From NCBI GenBank assembly GCA_965200315.1, contig OZ241362.1:1184001-1248000 (forward strand): a DNA stretch of 64,000 nt, given 5' to 3'. This DNA comes from Candidatus Latescibacterota bacterium. Lineage in GTDB: Bacteria; Latescibacterota; UBA2968; UBA8231. The notes below the pieces were generated by a model that was not told the DNA's origin, made no database searches, and worked only from the letters and a program-made list of their open reading frames with translations. Made by a program: the position numbers and the translations under genes. Position 1 is the first letter of the stretch; the number at the start of each line of letters is the position of its first letter. Positions 40,544-50,233 of this stretch are shown here, piece by piece.

Positions 40544-43527
40544 GTTGTCTCTTTCCTCGTGCTCATTGTCAAGAGGGTGCCGACTCTCTGTAAAATTGCA
40601 TCTACTGTCTGCGTGGGCAAAGAGCATATAAACGCTGTATTTCTTGCCCGCCAATCCATACTCTTGACTTGATCTGTTAGAATAACGCCCGGCACATCCT
40701 GCCTCTCGGGCATGGCGACTTCAAAGGGATACCCTTTCACGTGACTGGTAACTGGGCAAAAAATCGCCAAACGGGTCTTGCTGTTATAAGCCCTCGGTGA
40801 GAGTACAACGGCGGGGCGACGGCCACCTTGCTCATGCCCTGCTTGCGGATTGAAGTCAATCCATACGACATCGCCGCGCTGTTTTAGCTCCATCTGAATC
40901 GACTCAGATGGGTATTCGTTTAACGGATCGTCGTCGCCGCTAGCGGTGGCGTCCGCCAAGGCCATGCGTGCTTGTACGCGGCTTTGCAGGCGCAGATAAA
41001 CCTCGAGGTCCTTGGTAGGCCAATAGTTAATCATCCACACCGACTGGTTGCGGCTGCCGATGCGGTCAATGCGCCCTAAGCGCTGAATGATACGCACTGG
41101 ATTCCAGTGGATGTCGTAGTTGAGTGCGGTATCGCAATCCTGAAGGTTCTGCCCCTCTGAGATGCAATCGGTGGCAATCAGCAAGTCGATTTCGTCGGTG
41201 CTATTGGCCTGCCCGTGTGCCCGTGGCGCGAAGAGGGTCAGAATGGCGTTGAAGTTGTTAGGACCGAAAGCGGTGCGCGTTGCGTCCCCAGAGACCATCG
41301 CCATGTTCAACCCCAATTCGTGCACCAAGTCCGCCAAGTTTTCGTACAGATACTCCGCCGTATCCTTGAAGGTGGTAAACACCAGCAGCTTGCGGTTGAT
41401 CCGGCCATCCTTGTCGGTCGTCGGGTGTTGTGCTCTGTCCCGAATGTGCGCCTTAATCTCTCGCAGCTTACCGTCCCGTTCCGGCGTGATAATACTGACC
41501 CGTTCATAGACCGCCTCCAGAGTCTTCTTATCCTTCAGCAAGTCCTCTTTCCAACGGGGCAAATCCAACTCGCGCAGATGGTAGGGGGTGCGTGCCCGAT
41601 TGATCTGAAATTCCTCGTCATCTTCATCGTCATCCGGGAGGGTATCCGCTCGCTCGTCCAACAGCAGGTTTTGCTCATAGCGGTCTATCTTTTCTAGCAG
41701 GTCGTCAATTTTGCCGATAGTGCGCTTGAGCGTTTCCGTCAGAGAGTGGGCCGAACTTTCTAGGCGTTTCAGAAAGTTGACTCGTATCATACTGATGAGG
41801 AAACGCTCGCGGTCAGCCTGATTAAACCGCAGTTGCTTCTTTTCGTCCGCCAACCGTTGCTTGGCTTCGGGGCTGGTAACATAGCTTGACGGCCGGTAAA
41901 TGGATAAGGCGAACTGCTCAATTTGCGCGGATAATTTTTTGTACGAAAGCTCGTCCTCTAAATCCGTCAGCGGGTAGCAATTCTCCGGCTGTTGCCGCGT
42001 GGGGAACTGACCGATCCGGTCTATTTCTTCGGCGTAGAATTGCTTGATCTGCCGCCGTGAGCGAGCAATGGAAATGCCGCCCAACAGCTTAAAAAAATCA
42101 GCACCCAACGTCTCCAGTAACGTCGTCTTGTCTTTTTTGACACTCTTCTCCGCTTTCGTCTCCCATGCCTTAAACTCCTTTTGCGCCTGACCTAAGAGCG
42201 TGCCGATATGGCCGATGCCCAGACTTTCCCGGAACATGTCCTCGCGCTTTTCGGTCATCAGATAAATTTGATTGCGGAGGTCAATAAGCGAGGTGTTGAC
42301 CGGCGTCGCTGAAAGCATCAGCACCTTCGTTTGGGTTCCAGCCTTGATGACTTCTTCTAACAGCCGCGAGTAGCGGCTGTGGCGAATCCTGCCGTCTTCG
42401 TCGAGACGAGACTTGGAGTCATTGCGAAAATTGTGAGATTCGTCGATGACCACCATGTCAAAATTGCGCCAGTTGAACTGGGCCAGATCAATGTCGCCGG
42501 CTTGCCCACTGCTGCGGGACAAGTCCGTATGCGATAGCAAGGTGTAGCCAAAGCGGTCTTCGAGGAAGGGATTGCCAGTTCGGGCGTTATATGCTGGATA
42601 CAGCGCCCAATTTTCGCGCAACTTTTTGGGGCATAACACCAGCACTCGTTCGTTACGCAATTCAAAGAACTTGATAACCGCTAACGCCGTATAGGTCTTT
42701 CCCAAGCCGACCGCGTCGGCCAAAATACAGCCATTGTGCCGCCGCAGGTGAGCGATCACGCTCTTAGCTCCGTCTTTTTGGAAGTCGTACAGCGCGTTCC
42801 AGACGGCGGTATCGTATAGGTGTGTATCTTTTAGGTGGCTTTCGCCGGCTTTTCTCGCTTCGATGTCTTCCTGGAACAACTCGTAGAGCGTTTTATAGTA
42901 GATCAACTCCGGCGCGTACTCTCTGCCTATCCGCGCCAGCGCGTCCAGCACGTCCTTTTTGACATCCTTGGTCAGCGTCTTGTCCGCCCACAGATCGTCA
43001 AACCATTGTTGTAGTTCGGTACAAGTAGCTGCGTTTTGGGTTGCCAAGTTGATTTCCACGTTGGCACTCGTCCCGCTGCCTAGACCGCCGCGAGTAAAGT
43101 TGGAGCTGCCAACCACCGCTGTGCCGCCATTGGCTGATTCGGTGAGATACATCTTGCCGTGCAGAAAGTTGGATTTGCCAATGGAGCGAATTTTGACGCC
43201 TTTGCTGCTTATCCATGCTGTGCATTGACGAGCAAGGTATTTCTGTTGCAATGCGTACAGAGGCGATAGCCCGTCTTCAGTCAGGTTGAAGGCTTTTTGC
43301 GCTTTCTCGCCGGGGTCTAACTCGCCAACCGATGCCGGATCACCAAAGAGAAAACGCACATCCTTAACACCGTTCAATTCGCTTTGCAGGGCCTCGTACC
43401 CATAAATGGTGAAATACGCCGAGACGAGGCGAAACACCTCAGCGGCTGACAGGTGCGGCCGCAAATAATCGACAACTCGACGCTGGCGATTGTCTAGGAT
43501 GTGTTCGATGTGTTCGTATTCTGCCAT
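40540..43527 (-). CDS. PLD(HKD)-nuclease / SNF2-like SF2 helicase with in-frame C-terminal MazF/PemK domain
   Basis: LHGKMY...GSSNFT (PLD); LADAVGLGKT, IDESHNFR, LSATPVN, SEGQNLQ, HWNP..IIQRLGRIDRIG (SF2); QRGDVVWIDFNPQAGHEQGGRRPAVVLSP..YN...DQVKSMDW (MazF). Confidence 0.88.
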   Translation of the reverse strand: MAEYEHIEHILDNRQRRVVDYLRPHLSAAEVFRLVSAYFTIYGYEALQSELNGVKDVRFLFGDPASVGELDPGEKAQKAFNLTEDGLSPLYALQQKYLARQCTAWISSKGVKIRSIGKSNFLHGKMYLTESANGGTAVVGSSNFTRGGLGSGTSANVEINLATQNAATCTELQQWFDDLWADKTLTKDVKKDVLDALARIGREYAPELIYYKTLYELFQEDIEARKAGESHLKDTHLYDTAVWNALYDFQKDGAKSVIAHLRRHNGCILADAVGLGKTYTALAVIKFFELRNERVLVLCPKKLRENWALYPAYNARTGNPFLEDRFGYTLLSHTDLSRSSGQAGDIDLAQFNWRNFDMVVIDESHNFRNDSKSRLDEDGRIRHSRYSRLLEEVIKAGTQTKVLMLSATPVNTSLIDLRNQIYLMTEKREDMFRESLGIGHIGTLLGQAQKEFKAWETKAEKSVKKDKTTLLETLGADFFKLLGGISIARSRRQIKQFYAEEIDRIGQFPTRQQPENCYPLTDLEDELSYKKLSAQIEQFALSIYRPSSYVTSPEAKQRLADEKKQLRFNQADRERFLISMIRVNFLKRLESSAHSLTETLKRTIGKIDDLLEKIDRYEQNLLLDERADTLPDDDEDDEEFQINRARTPYHLRELDLPRWKEDLLKDKKTLEAVYERVSIITPERDGKLREIKAHIRDRAQHPTTDKDGRINRKLLVFTTFKDTAEYLYENLADLVHELGLNMAMVSGDATRTAFGPNNFNAILTLFAPRAHGQANSTDEIDLLIATDCISEGQNLQDCDTALNYDIHWNPVRIIQRLGRIDRIGSRNQSVWMINYWPTKDLEVYLRLQSRVQARMALADATASGDDDPLNEYPSESIQMELKQRGDVVWIDFNPQAGHEQGGRRPAVVLSPRAYNSKTRLAIFCPVTSHVKGYPFEVAMPERQDVPGVILTDQVKSMDWRARNTAFICSLPTQTVDAILQRVGTLLTMSTRKETT

Positions 43528-43582
43528 ATCAGATAGGGAAAGAAGTGAATAGGCTTTCAATTGCTTAGTGATTGTCTAGCAC

Positions 43583-43601
43583 CTAGGCAACCCGCAACCA
43601 G
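43583..43601 (+). repeat. Right imperfect direct repeat of island
   Basis: ctaggcaacccgcaaccag vs 33865-33883. Confidence 0.5.
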
Positions 43602-43610
43602 CTTTCCACG

Positions 43611-44498
43611 TCAAAAGCGCAGCAATTCCCCCTCGCCAAACACGAGCAAGTCGGCCCAGATCGCGGCAAAGTAGATCAGGCTAACCGTGCTGTTGACCGT
43701 CATAAAAGCCGTGCTCAAGCGCGACAGGTCGTCGGCTCGCACCAGCCGGTGCTCGTACACCAGCAAGCCAGCGACTACTACTACCCCCAACCAGTACAAA
43801 AGGCTCAAGCCGGCCGCACGGCCCACGAGAAGCAACAGCACCACGAACAATAAGTGTAAGGCGCGGGCGATGTACAAAGCGCGGGCAATGCCAAAGCGGA
43901 CCGGGATGGAATGGAGTCCAGCCCGGACGTCAAAGGCGCGATCTTGGCAGGCGTAGATGATGTCAAAACCAGCGACCCAAACCAGCACCCCCAAGCAGAG
44001 CAGCAGGGGGATGGGATCAAAGCTACCAGTGACCGCAATCCAAGCGCCCAGCGGCGCCCCGCCCAAACTCAGCCCCAACACCAAATGAGAGGCCCAAGTG
44101 AAGCGCTTGGTCAGCGAGTAGAACAAGAGCACGGCCAAAACCAACGGCGACAGATAAAAGCACAGCGGGTTGAGCAGGTAAGCTGACAAGACCAACATTA
44201 GGGCGGACAAAACCACAAACAACCCCACGGCCCGAGGCGAGACCACGCCTTGCGGCAGCTCGCGGTTTTGGGTGCGGGGATTGGCCGCGTCGAGGTGGCG
44301 GTCAACGAGGCGATTAAAACCCATCGCCGCGCTACGTGCCCCTACCATAGCCAGCGCGATCCAGCCGATCTGGGCCGGGGTAATGCCCGTGTACGCGGCG
44401 GCCAGCAAGGCACCGCTAAAGGCAAAGGGCAGGGCAAAGACGCTGTGGGAGAATTTGATCATGCGGCCGTACACCGCAATGGCCTGCAAGAGAGCCAT
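43611..44498 (-). CDS. UbiA-like prenyltransferase of futalosine pathway (MqnP-type)
   Basis: IKFSHSVFALPFA, ARSAAMGFNRLVD..D..NPRT, GFDIIYACQD. Confidence 0.88.
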   Translation of the reverse strand: MALLQAIAVYGRMIKFSHSVFALPFAFSGALLAAAYTGITPAQIGWIALAMVGARSAAMGFNRLVDRHLDAANPRTQNRELPQGVVSPRAVGLFVVLSALMLVLSAYLLNPLCFYLSPLVLAVLLFYSLTKRFTWASHLVLGLSLGGAPLGAWIAVTGSFDPIPLLLCLGVLVWVAGFDIIYACQDRAFDVRAGLHSIPVRFGIARALYIARALHLLFVVLLLLVGRAAGLSLLYWLGVVVVAGLLVYEHRLVRADDLSRLSTAFMTVNSTVSLIYFAAIWADLLVFGEGELLRF

Positions 44499-44527
44499 CT
44501 CGACCTTCCTCGACAAGGGCGGCCTCG

Positions 44528-45322
44528 TCAGGCCGTTGGATAAAAGCGCAGCCGGGGGACCGCGTCGATCAGGCCGTGGCGGTGAGCCAGTTGGTAGAAC
44601 AGCCGCAAACCGGCTTGGGCGGCCTCGTCCAAATCAAAGCGGATGTGGTGGGTCAGGTAGTGCTCATAGAACTCGGGCGGGCCGCCGCACTCGCGGCTGT
44701 ACGCTGCGGCGATGGACGGCACTTGGCACACCCCCTGACCTTTGGCCCCCTGCAACTGTTGGACTTGGGCCGGTGAGAGTGCCTGCGGGCGACCAGCCCA
44801 AAAGGCAAAGACAAAAGGCAGATCGGTCATGGCCGTCCATTCCCTCCCCAAGTCGAGGCTCTCCACGTCCCCGTCCAAGTGCGGGAAGACCTGATCGCCG
44901 ATGAGCAGGGCCGCGTCGGCGCACTCCAGCATGGCCGCCAAATCGGGCGGAGCTTCGATCAGTTGCGGGGTGAGAGCAAATTTTTCGCGCAGGAGGATGG
45001 ACAGCAAAGCCACTGAAGTGCGGGAACTGGTGTCCAAGGCTATGCGCTCAACTTGCGGCAACGGACGGCGGCAAAAAAGGCGCACCGTCAGCACCGAACC
45101 CTGCGAACCAATGGCTATATCGGGGACGATCCGATAGGGGCGAGGGCTGCGGGCATATTCGATCGCGGGAATAATCCCCACGTCGATAGTGCCAGCTGCC
45201 AGCTCCCTCGCGCAGCGCGAGGGCACCGAATAACTCAGGACAAAAGGCGCGGGATCGCGTTCGAGGGCAACGACGAGGGGCCGCGTGTTGAGGTATGGGA
45301 CCGCGCCCAAGCGCGGCTTCAT
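44528..45322 (-). CDS. mqnA: Chorismate dehydratase
   Basis: VPYLNTRPL, SSRTSVAL, LLIGD, DLG.EW...LPFVFAFW. Confidence 0.88.
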   Translation of the reverse strand: MKPRLGAVPYLNTRPLVVALERDPAPFVLSYSVPSRCARELAAGTIDVGIIPAIEYARSPRPYRIVPDIAIGSQGSVLTVRLFCRRPLPQVERIALDTSSRTSVALLSILLREKFALTPQLIEAPPDLAAMLECADAALLIGDQVFPHLDGDVESLDLGREWTAMTDLPFVFAFWAGRPQALSPAQVQQLQGAKGQGVCQVPSIAAAYSRECGGPPEFYEHYLTHHIRFDLDEAAQAGLRLFYQLAHRHGLIDAVPRLRFYPTA

Positions 45323-46461
45323 GAATGGACGGCCTCTTGCAAAGCGTCGATCCGACAAGGCGCGGCCACCGGCTCGTAGCGGGTGTTGCGCCGCTGCGGC
45401 GCAAAGCCAGCGTCGCGGATTAGCCGTTCCATGGCATCCAAACCCATCTCGTTGGTGTGGCTAGTGCCGGCGGCACTGACGACGTTTTCTTCGAGCATGG
45501 TGCTGCCGAAATCGTTGACTCCGTAGCGCAAGCTGACTTGGGCGATTTTAGGCCCTTGGGTCACCCACGATGCCTGCAAGCTGGGGATATTGTCGAGGAA
45601 GAGCCGCGCTACGGCCACCGTGCGCAGGTGGTCGTACCCGGTCGCTTTGGCACCGTTCCAGCGGGTTGCGTCCGCGCCCAGGTCCGTGTGGTCGGGCTGG
45701 AAGTTCCAAGCAATAAAGGCAGTGAAGCCACCGCGTTCGTCCTGTAGCTGCCGTAGGCGGTTCAAGTGCTCTAGGCGATGCTCGACCGTCTCCACGTGGC
45801 CGTACATCATCGTCGCCGTAGTCGGCATCCCCAGCGCGTGCGCCACGCGATGCACTTCCAGCCACTCCTCGGTGCGGTCCTTGCGAAAGCCGATGATGTC
45901 GCGCACCTCGTCGTTGAGGATCTCGGCACCGGCCCCTGGTATCGAATCCAGCCCCGCGTCGCGCAGGCGGCGAATAGTCTCGCCCAGCGGCAGCCGCGAC
46001 AGGTGCGCGATGTAGATGATTTCTGTGGCCGAAAGACAATGTAGCTGCACCTGCGGATAGCGATCCCTGATTGCCGAGAGCAACTGTTCGTAGTAATCGA
46101 GGCGCAGTTTGGGGTTGAGGCCGCCCTGCATCAGGATTTCGCAGGCCTTAGGCTCGTCGCCGCCAAAGGCCACCAACTCGTCGATTTTGGCAAATATCTG
46201 CTCTCGGGGCAGGACGTAGCCCTCGCCAGAACCCGGCGGCCGGTAGAAGGCGCAAAAGTCGCACTTGACCCAACAGACATTGGTGTAGTTGATGTTGCGC
46301 CCGACGTTGTAGGTGACCACCTGCTCGGGGTGTTTTTGCAGGCGCGCCCAATGCGCCAGCATCCCCAGCTCGGCGAGGTTGTGATGCGCGTACAGACGGC
46401 GCACATCCTCGAGCGCGAGGCGCTCCCCGGCATAGACCTTTTCGGCAATATCGGCGATCAC
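45319..46461 (-). CDS. mqnC: Cyclic dehypoxanthine futalosine synthase (radical SAM)
   Basis: RNINYTNVCWVKCDFCAFYR, LMQGG, SIPGAGAEIL, QASWVTQG, DFGSTMLEENVV. Confidence 0.88.
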   Translation of the reverse strand: MIADIAEKVYAGERLALEDVRRLYAHHNLAELGMLAHWARLQKHPEQVVTYNVGRNINYTNVCWVKCDFCAFYRPPGSGEGYVLPREQIFAKIDELVAFGGDEPKACEILMQGGLNPKLRLDYYEQLLSAIRDRYPQVQLHCLSATEIIYIAHLSRLPLGETIRRLRDAGLDSIPGAGAEILNDEVRDIIGFRKDRTEEWLEVHRVAHALGMPTTATMMYGHVETVEHRLEHLNRLRQLQDERGGFTAFIAWNFQPDHTDLGADATRWNGAKATGYDHLRTVAVARLFLDNIPSLQASWVTQGPKIAQVSLRYGVNDFGSTMLEENVVSAAGTSHTNEMGLDAMERLIRDAGFAPQRRNTRYEPVAAPCRIDALQEAVHS

Positions 46462-46466
46462 GGGTA

Positions 46467-47591
46467 CTATCCGGCTGCCGCCAACAGAGTCGGGGTATCG
46501 GCGACGACATGGTAGAGGGAATCGCGCTCCAAAGGCTGTCGCCCGGCCTCGACGATGCGCTGCACGAGCTCGGCCTGCGTCAGCCGCTGCTGAGTGTCGG
46601 CAAAGCTCTTGCGGGTGATTTCGTAGTCCATGACCGTGCCGTCAATGTCGTCGGCCCCATACCAGAGCGCGGTCTGCGAAATCTCGATGGTGTTCATAAT
46701 CCAGAAGGTTTTGACGTGGGGGAAGTTGTCGAGCATCAGCCGCCCCACCGCGATCTCCTTGAGGTCTAGGCAACCCGTCGGCCCGGGTACGTGCTCTAGC
46801 TCGGTGCGCTCAGGGTGAAAAGAGAGCGGGATGTAGCAGAGAAAACCGCCGGTCTCGTCCTGTACTTCGCGCAGCCGCACGAGGTGATAGACCTTCTCCT
46901 CAGTGTTTTCAATGTGGCCGTAGAGCATGGTGGCGTTGGAGGGGAGGCCGGCTCGATGCGCCGTCTGCGCGATTTCCAGCCATTCCTCAGAATCCGCCTT
47001 GGTCCAGAAAAGATCGCCTTGGACCCGATCGCTGAAGACCTCGGCCCCGCCGCCGGGCAGCGACTCCAGCCCCGCCGCCTTCATATCGGCAAAAATTTCC
47101 GCTAGCGGCTTTTGGGCGATGCGCTGAATCTGGGCGATCTCGATCATGGTGAAGGCCTTCAGATGCGCGGCCGGGCGGGCTTGCTTCATCGCCCGCAAGA
47201 CATCGAGATAGTATTGGTAGGGCAGCTTGGGATTGACGCCGCCAACCATGTGGATCTCGGTGATCGGGGCTTGCGCGTACTCGGCGACCCGCGCGGCGAC
47301 CTGCTCGGGAGCCAACACGTAGCCGCGCTCGTCTTTGGGCTTGACGTAGAAGGAACAGAACTTGCAGAGCTTGTTGCAGATGTTGGTGTAGTTGATGTGC
47401 TGGTTGCGCACATAGTACGCAGTGTCGCCGCTTTTGCGCTCGCGGACGATATTGGCCAGATAGCCCAAGATGGGCAGCTCATCGCAGGCGTATAGGCGCA
47501 GACCGTCGCCTGAGCTCAAGCGCTGCCCGGCCAGCACTTTGTCGTGGATATCTGCGAGACCGGCGCGGGCGATAAGGTCGTCGTAAATCAC
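46467..47591 (-). CDS. mqnE: Aminofutalosine synthase (radical SAM)
   Basis: HINYTNICNKLCKFCSF, HMVGG, KAFTMIE, SNATMLYGHIE, LDNFPHVKTFWIM, GADDIDGTV. Confidence 0.88.
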   Translation of the reverse strand: MIYDDLIARAGLADIHDKVLAGQRLSSGDGLRLYACDELPILGYLANIVRERKSGDTAYYVRNQHINYTNICNKLCKFCSFYVKPKDERGYVLAPEQVAARVAEYAQAPITEIHMVGGVNPKLPYQYYLDVLRAMKQARPAAHLKAFTMIEIAQIQRIAQKPLAEIFADMKAAGLESLPGGGAEVFSDRVQGDLFWTKADSEEWLEIAQTAHRAGLPSNATMLYGHIENTEEKVYHLVRLREVQDETGGFLCYIPLSFHPERTELEHVPGPTGCLDLKEIAVGRLMLDNFPHVKTFWIMNTIEISQTALWYGADDIDGTVMDYEITRKSFADTQQRLTQAELVQRIVEAGRQPLERDSLYHVVADTPTLLAAAG

Positions 47592-47631
47592 TTATTTCTC
47601 CAGCGTTTAGTACATAATACCTATGGGTATC

Positions 47632-48360
47632 TCATTCGTCAACCGGCCCTTTGACTCCTTGGTACAGCGCGGCAATCCCCAAGGTCATGGGCGTGTAGCG
47701 CACCTGGCTGAACCCGGCCGCGACGAGCAATTCGACAAAGGCCAGCCCCTGGGGAAAGGTCCCCACCGAGCGCGGCAGATAGGCGTAGGCCCGGCGCTGG
47801 CCGGAGAGTAGGCCGCCTACTAAGGGCAGCACTTTGTGGAAATAAAACAAGTACAATTGCCGGAACAGCGGCGCAGTAGGCTCGCAGAAGTCGAGCACCA
47901 AAAGCTCGCCGCCGGGCTTGAGCACCCGATGCGCCTCGGCCAAGCCACTGGGAATGTGGCCAAAATTGCGCACCCCAAAAGCCCCGGTCACCATGTCGAA
48001 GGTATGGTCCTGAAACGGCAGTTGCTCGGCGTCGCCGACCAACAGCTCCACGCCTGCGGGCAGCTCCTTGGCCGCCACCTTAGCCGCCCCCAGCCGCAGC
48101 ATCTCAATAGCCATGTCAATACCGACGACCTGCTGCGGCCCTAAGCGAGCGGCCGCGAGGGCAAAATCACCAGTACCAGTCGCCAAATCCAAGACGCGCT
48201 GCGGGCGCTTGTGCCGGGCTGCGCGGAGGGCGCGCCGCCGCCAGTACACATCTACGCCGCCGCTGAGCAGGTGGTTGAGCAAGTCGTAGCGCCGGGCAAT
48301 GGCGTTAAACATGTCTCGGTTGCGCCTCTTGTGTTCGGCGACGTTTTGCTTATTCTCCAT
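47632..48360 (-). CDS. menG: Demethylmenaquinone methyltransferase (UbiE/MenG)
   Basis: MFNAIARRYDLLN.LLS.G.D..WR, LDLATGTGD, FGVRN, AY.YLP.SV. Confidence 0.9.
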   Translation of the reverse strand: MENKQNVAEHKRRNRDMFNAIARRYDLLNHLLSGGVDVYWRRRALRAARHKRPQRVLDLATGTGDFALAAARLGPQQVVGIDMAIEMLRLGAAKVAAKELPAGVELLVGDAEQLPFQDHTFDMVTGAFGVRNFGHIPSGLAEAHRVLKPGGELLVLDFCEPTAPLFRQLYLFYFHKVLPLVGGLLSGQRRAYAYLPRSVGTFPQGLAFVELLVAAGFSQVRYTPMTLGIAALYQGVKGPVDE

Positions 48361-48404
48361 GAAGGAAAAGCTAGTCTCCTTGCCATCACTGTCAACAAGA
48401 GATT

Positions 48405-49769
48405 ATGCCCCAGCTCCAGGCCAACATCCTCATCGCCGACCAATCGCTCTTTATCCGCGAAGGCCTGCAAGAGGCATTGCAAAAACCCGGCTATGCCATT
48501 GAGACTGCCGCGGATGGCACCCAAGTGCGCCGGATGCTAAAAGCCGGCAATTTTCACTTGGCTATTCTCGACTTGCAGATCCCCGGCCCCGCTGGGATGC
48601 AACTTTTGCAGGAGGTCGGCCAGCGCCACCCCGACACTCTGTGCATCATACTCACCGCCCGTGACAACGTCCACACTGCGGTCGAAGCCATGCGCAAAGG
48701 CGCGTACGACGTAGTGACCAAACCCGTTGATCTAGACCACTTGCGCGTCGTAGTCGCCCGCGCCCTCGATCGCTTCGAGCTCGTCGTCGAAAACCGCAAG
48801 CTCCACCACCGCCTCGAAAAAGAAGCACCCTTCCGCCGCCTCGTGCGCCGCAGCCCGGCCATGCAAGCCGCCGCCGCCACGATCAAACAAGTGGCCGAAA
48901 CAGACGTGCCGGTGCTCTTGCGCGGCGAGACCGGCGTGGGCAAGGATCTGGTAGCGCGCGCCATCCACGAGCGCAGCAGGCGACGCGACGCCCCCTTTGT
49001 GGCCGTCAACTGCGGTGGCTTCACAGAAGAGCTTTTTACCAGCGAACTGTTCGGCCACAAGCGAGGAGCCTTTACCAGCGCCCACGCCGACCGGCCCGGC
49101 CGTTTCACCCTCGCCGAGGGCGGGACCCTCTTCCTCGACGAAATCGGCGAGGTCTCGCACAAAAATCAGGTCGAGCTTCTGCGCGTCCTAGAGTCCCACG
49201 AGTTTCAACCGCTTGGGGACCCGCAGGTCCACCGCGCCGATGTGCGCATCATCGCCGCGACCAACCGCGACCTCGAAGACGCGGTCGCAACAGGTCGCTT
49301 CCGCGAAGACCTGTACTACCGCCTCAACGTGATCCCCATCGACATTCCCCCCTTGCGCCAGCGGCGGAAAGACATCCCGGTGTTAGTCGAAATGTGCCTC
49401 GACGAAACCTGCCGCGCACAAAACAAACCCCCCAAGAAGATCAGCCCGGAGGCCATGGAGGGCCTCATCGCCTATGATTGGCCGGGCAATGTGCGCCAGT
49501 TGCGCAACCTGTTGCAACGGCTCGTGGTCACCACCCCGGCTACAGTCATCCTCCCCGAACACCTGCCCGGCCCACTCGGAGAGCTAGCCGATGGCCCCGG
49601 GCAGGTCTCAATGGTCCTCGGCTCTTCCCTGCAAGAGGTCGAAGCCGAATACATCCGCCAGACCCTCCAACGCCTCACGAGCAACCGCCGCGAGGCGGCC
49701 ACCATCTTGGGCATTAGCGTCCGTTCCCTCCAGTACAAGCTCAAGCAGTACAACATCACCAATAAGTAA
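48405..49769 (+). CDS. NtrC/AtoC-family sigma54-dependent response regulator (REC-AAA+-HTH)
   Basis: Receiver (ILDLQIPG, TKP), GETGVGKD, SELFGH.RGAFTSA, LFLDEIGE, WPGNVRQL, Fis HTH. Confidence 0.92.
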   Translation: MPQLQANILIADQSLFIREGLQEALQKPGYAIETAADGTQVRRMLKAGNFHLAILDLQIPGPAGMQLLQEVGQRHPDTLCIILTARDNVHTAVEAMRKGAYDVVTKPVDLDHLRVVVARALDRFELVVENRKLHHRLEKEAPFRRLVRRSPAMQAAAATIKQVAETDVPVLLRGETGVGKDLVARAIHERSRRRDAPFVAVNCGGFTEELFTSELFGHKRGAFTSAHADRPGRFTLAEGGTLFLDEIGEVSHKNQVELLRVLESHEFQPLGDPQVHRADVRIIAATNRDLEDAVATGRFREDLYYRLNVIPIDIPPLRQRRKDIPVLVEMCLDETCRAQNKPPKKISPEAMEGLIAYDWPGNVRQLRNLLQRLVVTTPATVILPEHLPGPLGELADGPGQVSMVLGSSLQEVEAEYIRQTLQRLTSNRREAATILGISVRSLQYKLKQYNITNK

Positions 49770-49792
49770 ATTAGCCAACGCTAGGCGACTCC

Positions 49793-49809
49793 TGCAAATT
49801 TTGCACTTT
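49793..49809. promoter_or_regulatory. Palindromic putative enhancer site TGCAAATTTTGCA (copy 1 of 3)
   Basis: 17 bp identical to 50088-50104; related site at 50184-50199; ~110 bp upstream of sigma54 promoter. Confidence 0.6.
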
Positions 49810-49903
49810 TGCGCCTGTGCGGTATCTCGACCTGCTCCTCGCCCAGTAGTGTCTTTCTCATAAGTAACATATTCACAATGATTTAACTATAAGAGATTAA
49901 ATG

Positions 49904-49919
49904 TGGCATTAGATTTGCT
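49904..49919 (+). promoter_or_regulatory. Sigma54 -24/-12 promoter
   Basis: TGGCATTAGATTTGCT, GG-N10-GC, preceded by AT-rich tract. Confidence 0.75.
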
Positions 49920-50233
49920 TATCTATATGTGAGTCGAAAGGAACCCGGGTCGCCTTCCGCACGACCAGAAGAGTTTCACAACCTTCATCGACCGTAACTA
50001 TCTGTTAATACAGAGCAAACAATTTTGTCAGCTCGAGCATTGAGCAACGCGGGGACGCGTTGCAACCGCGAACTGAAACAATGAGAATGCAAATTTTGCA
50101 CTTTGAGCACATAGAGTCTGACGCTCCTAACTAGCGCAATTCAAGCACCTTGCAGGACATCAGCTCAAAACTATTGCAACTAAGTGCAAAAATTTGCACC
50201 TGCTGACCCCATTACCCAAGGAAGGTTTCGCAC

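Larger units (their letters stand above)
33865..43601. mobile_element. Defence island (Fic, tyrosine recombinase, invertible TRD, MTase-TRD, PLD-helicase-MazF)
   Basis: Visibly more AT-rich than flanks; accessory genes between co-oriented core genes; imperfect direct repeats at 33865-33883 and 43583-43601. Confidence 0.7.
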
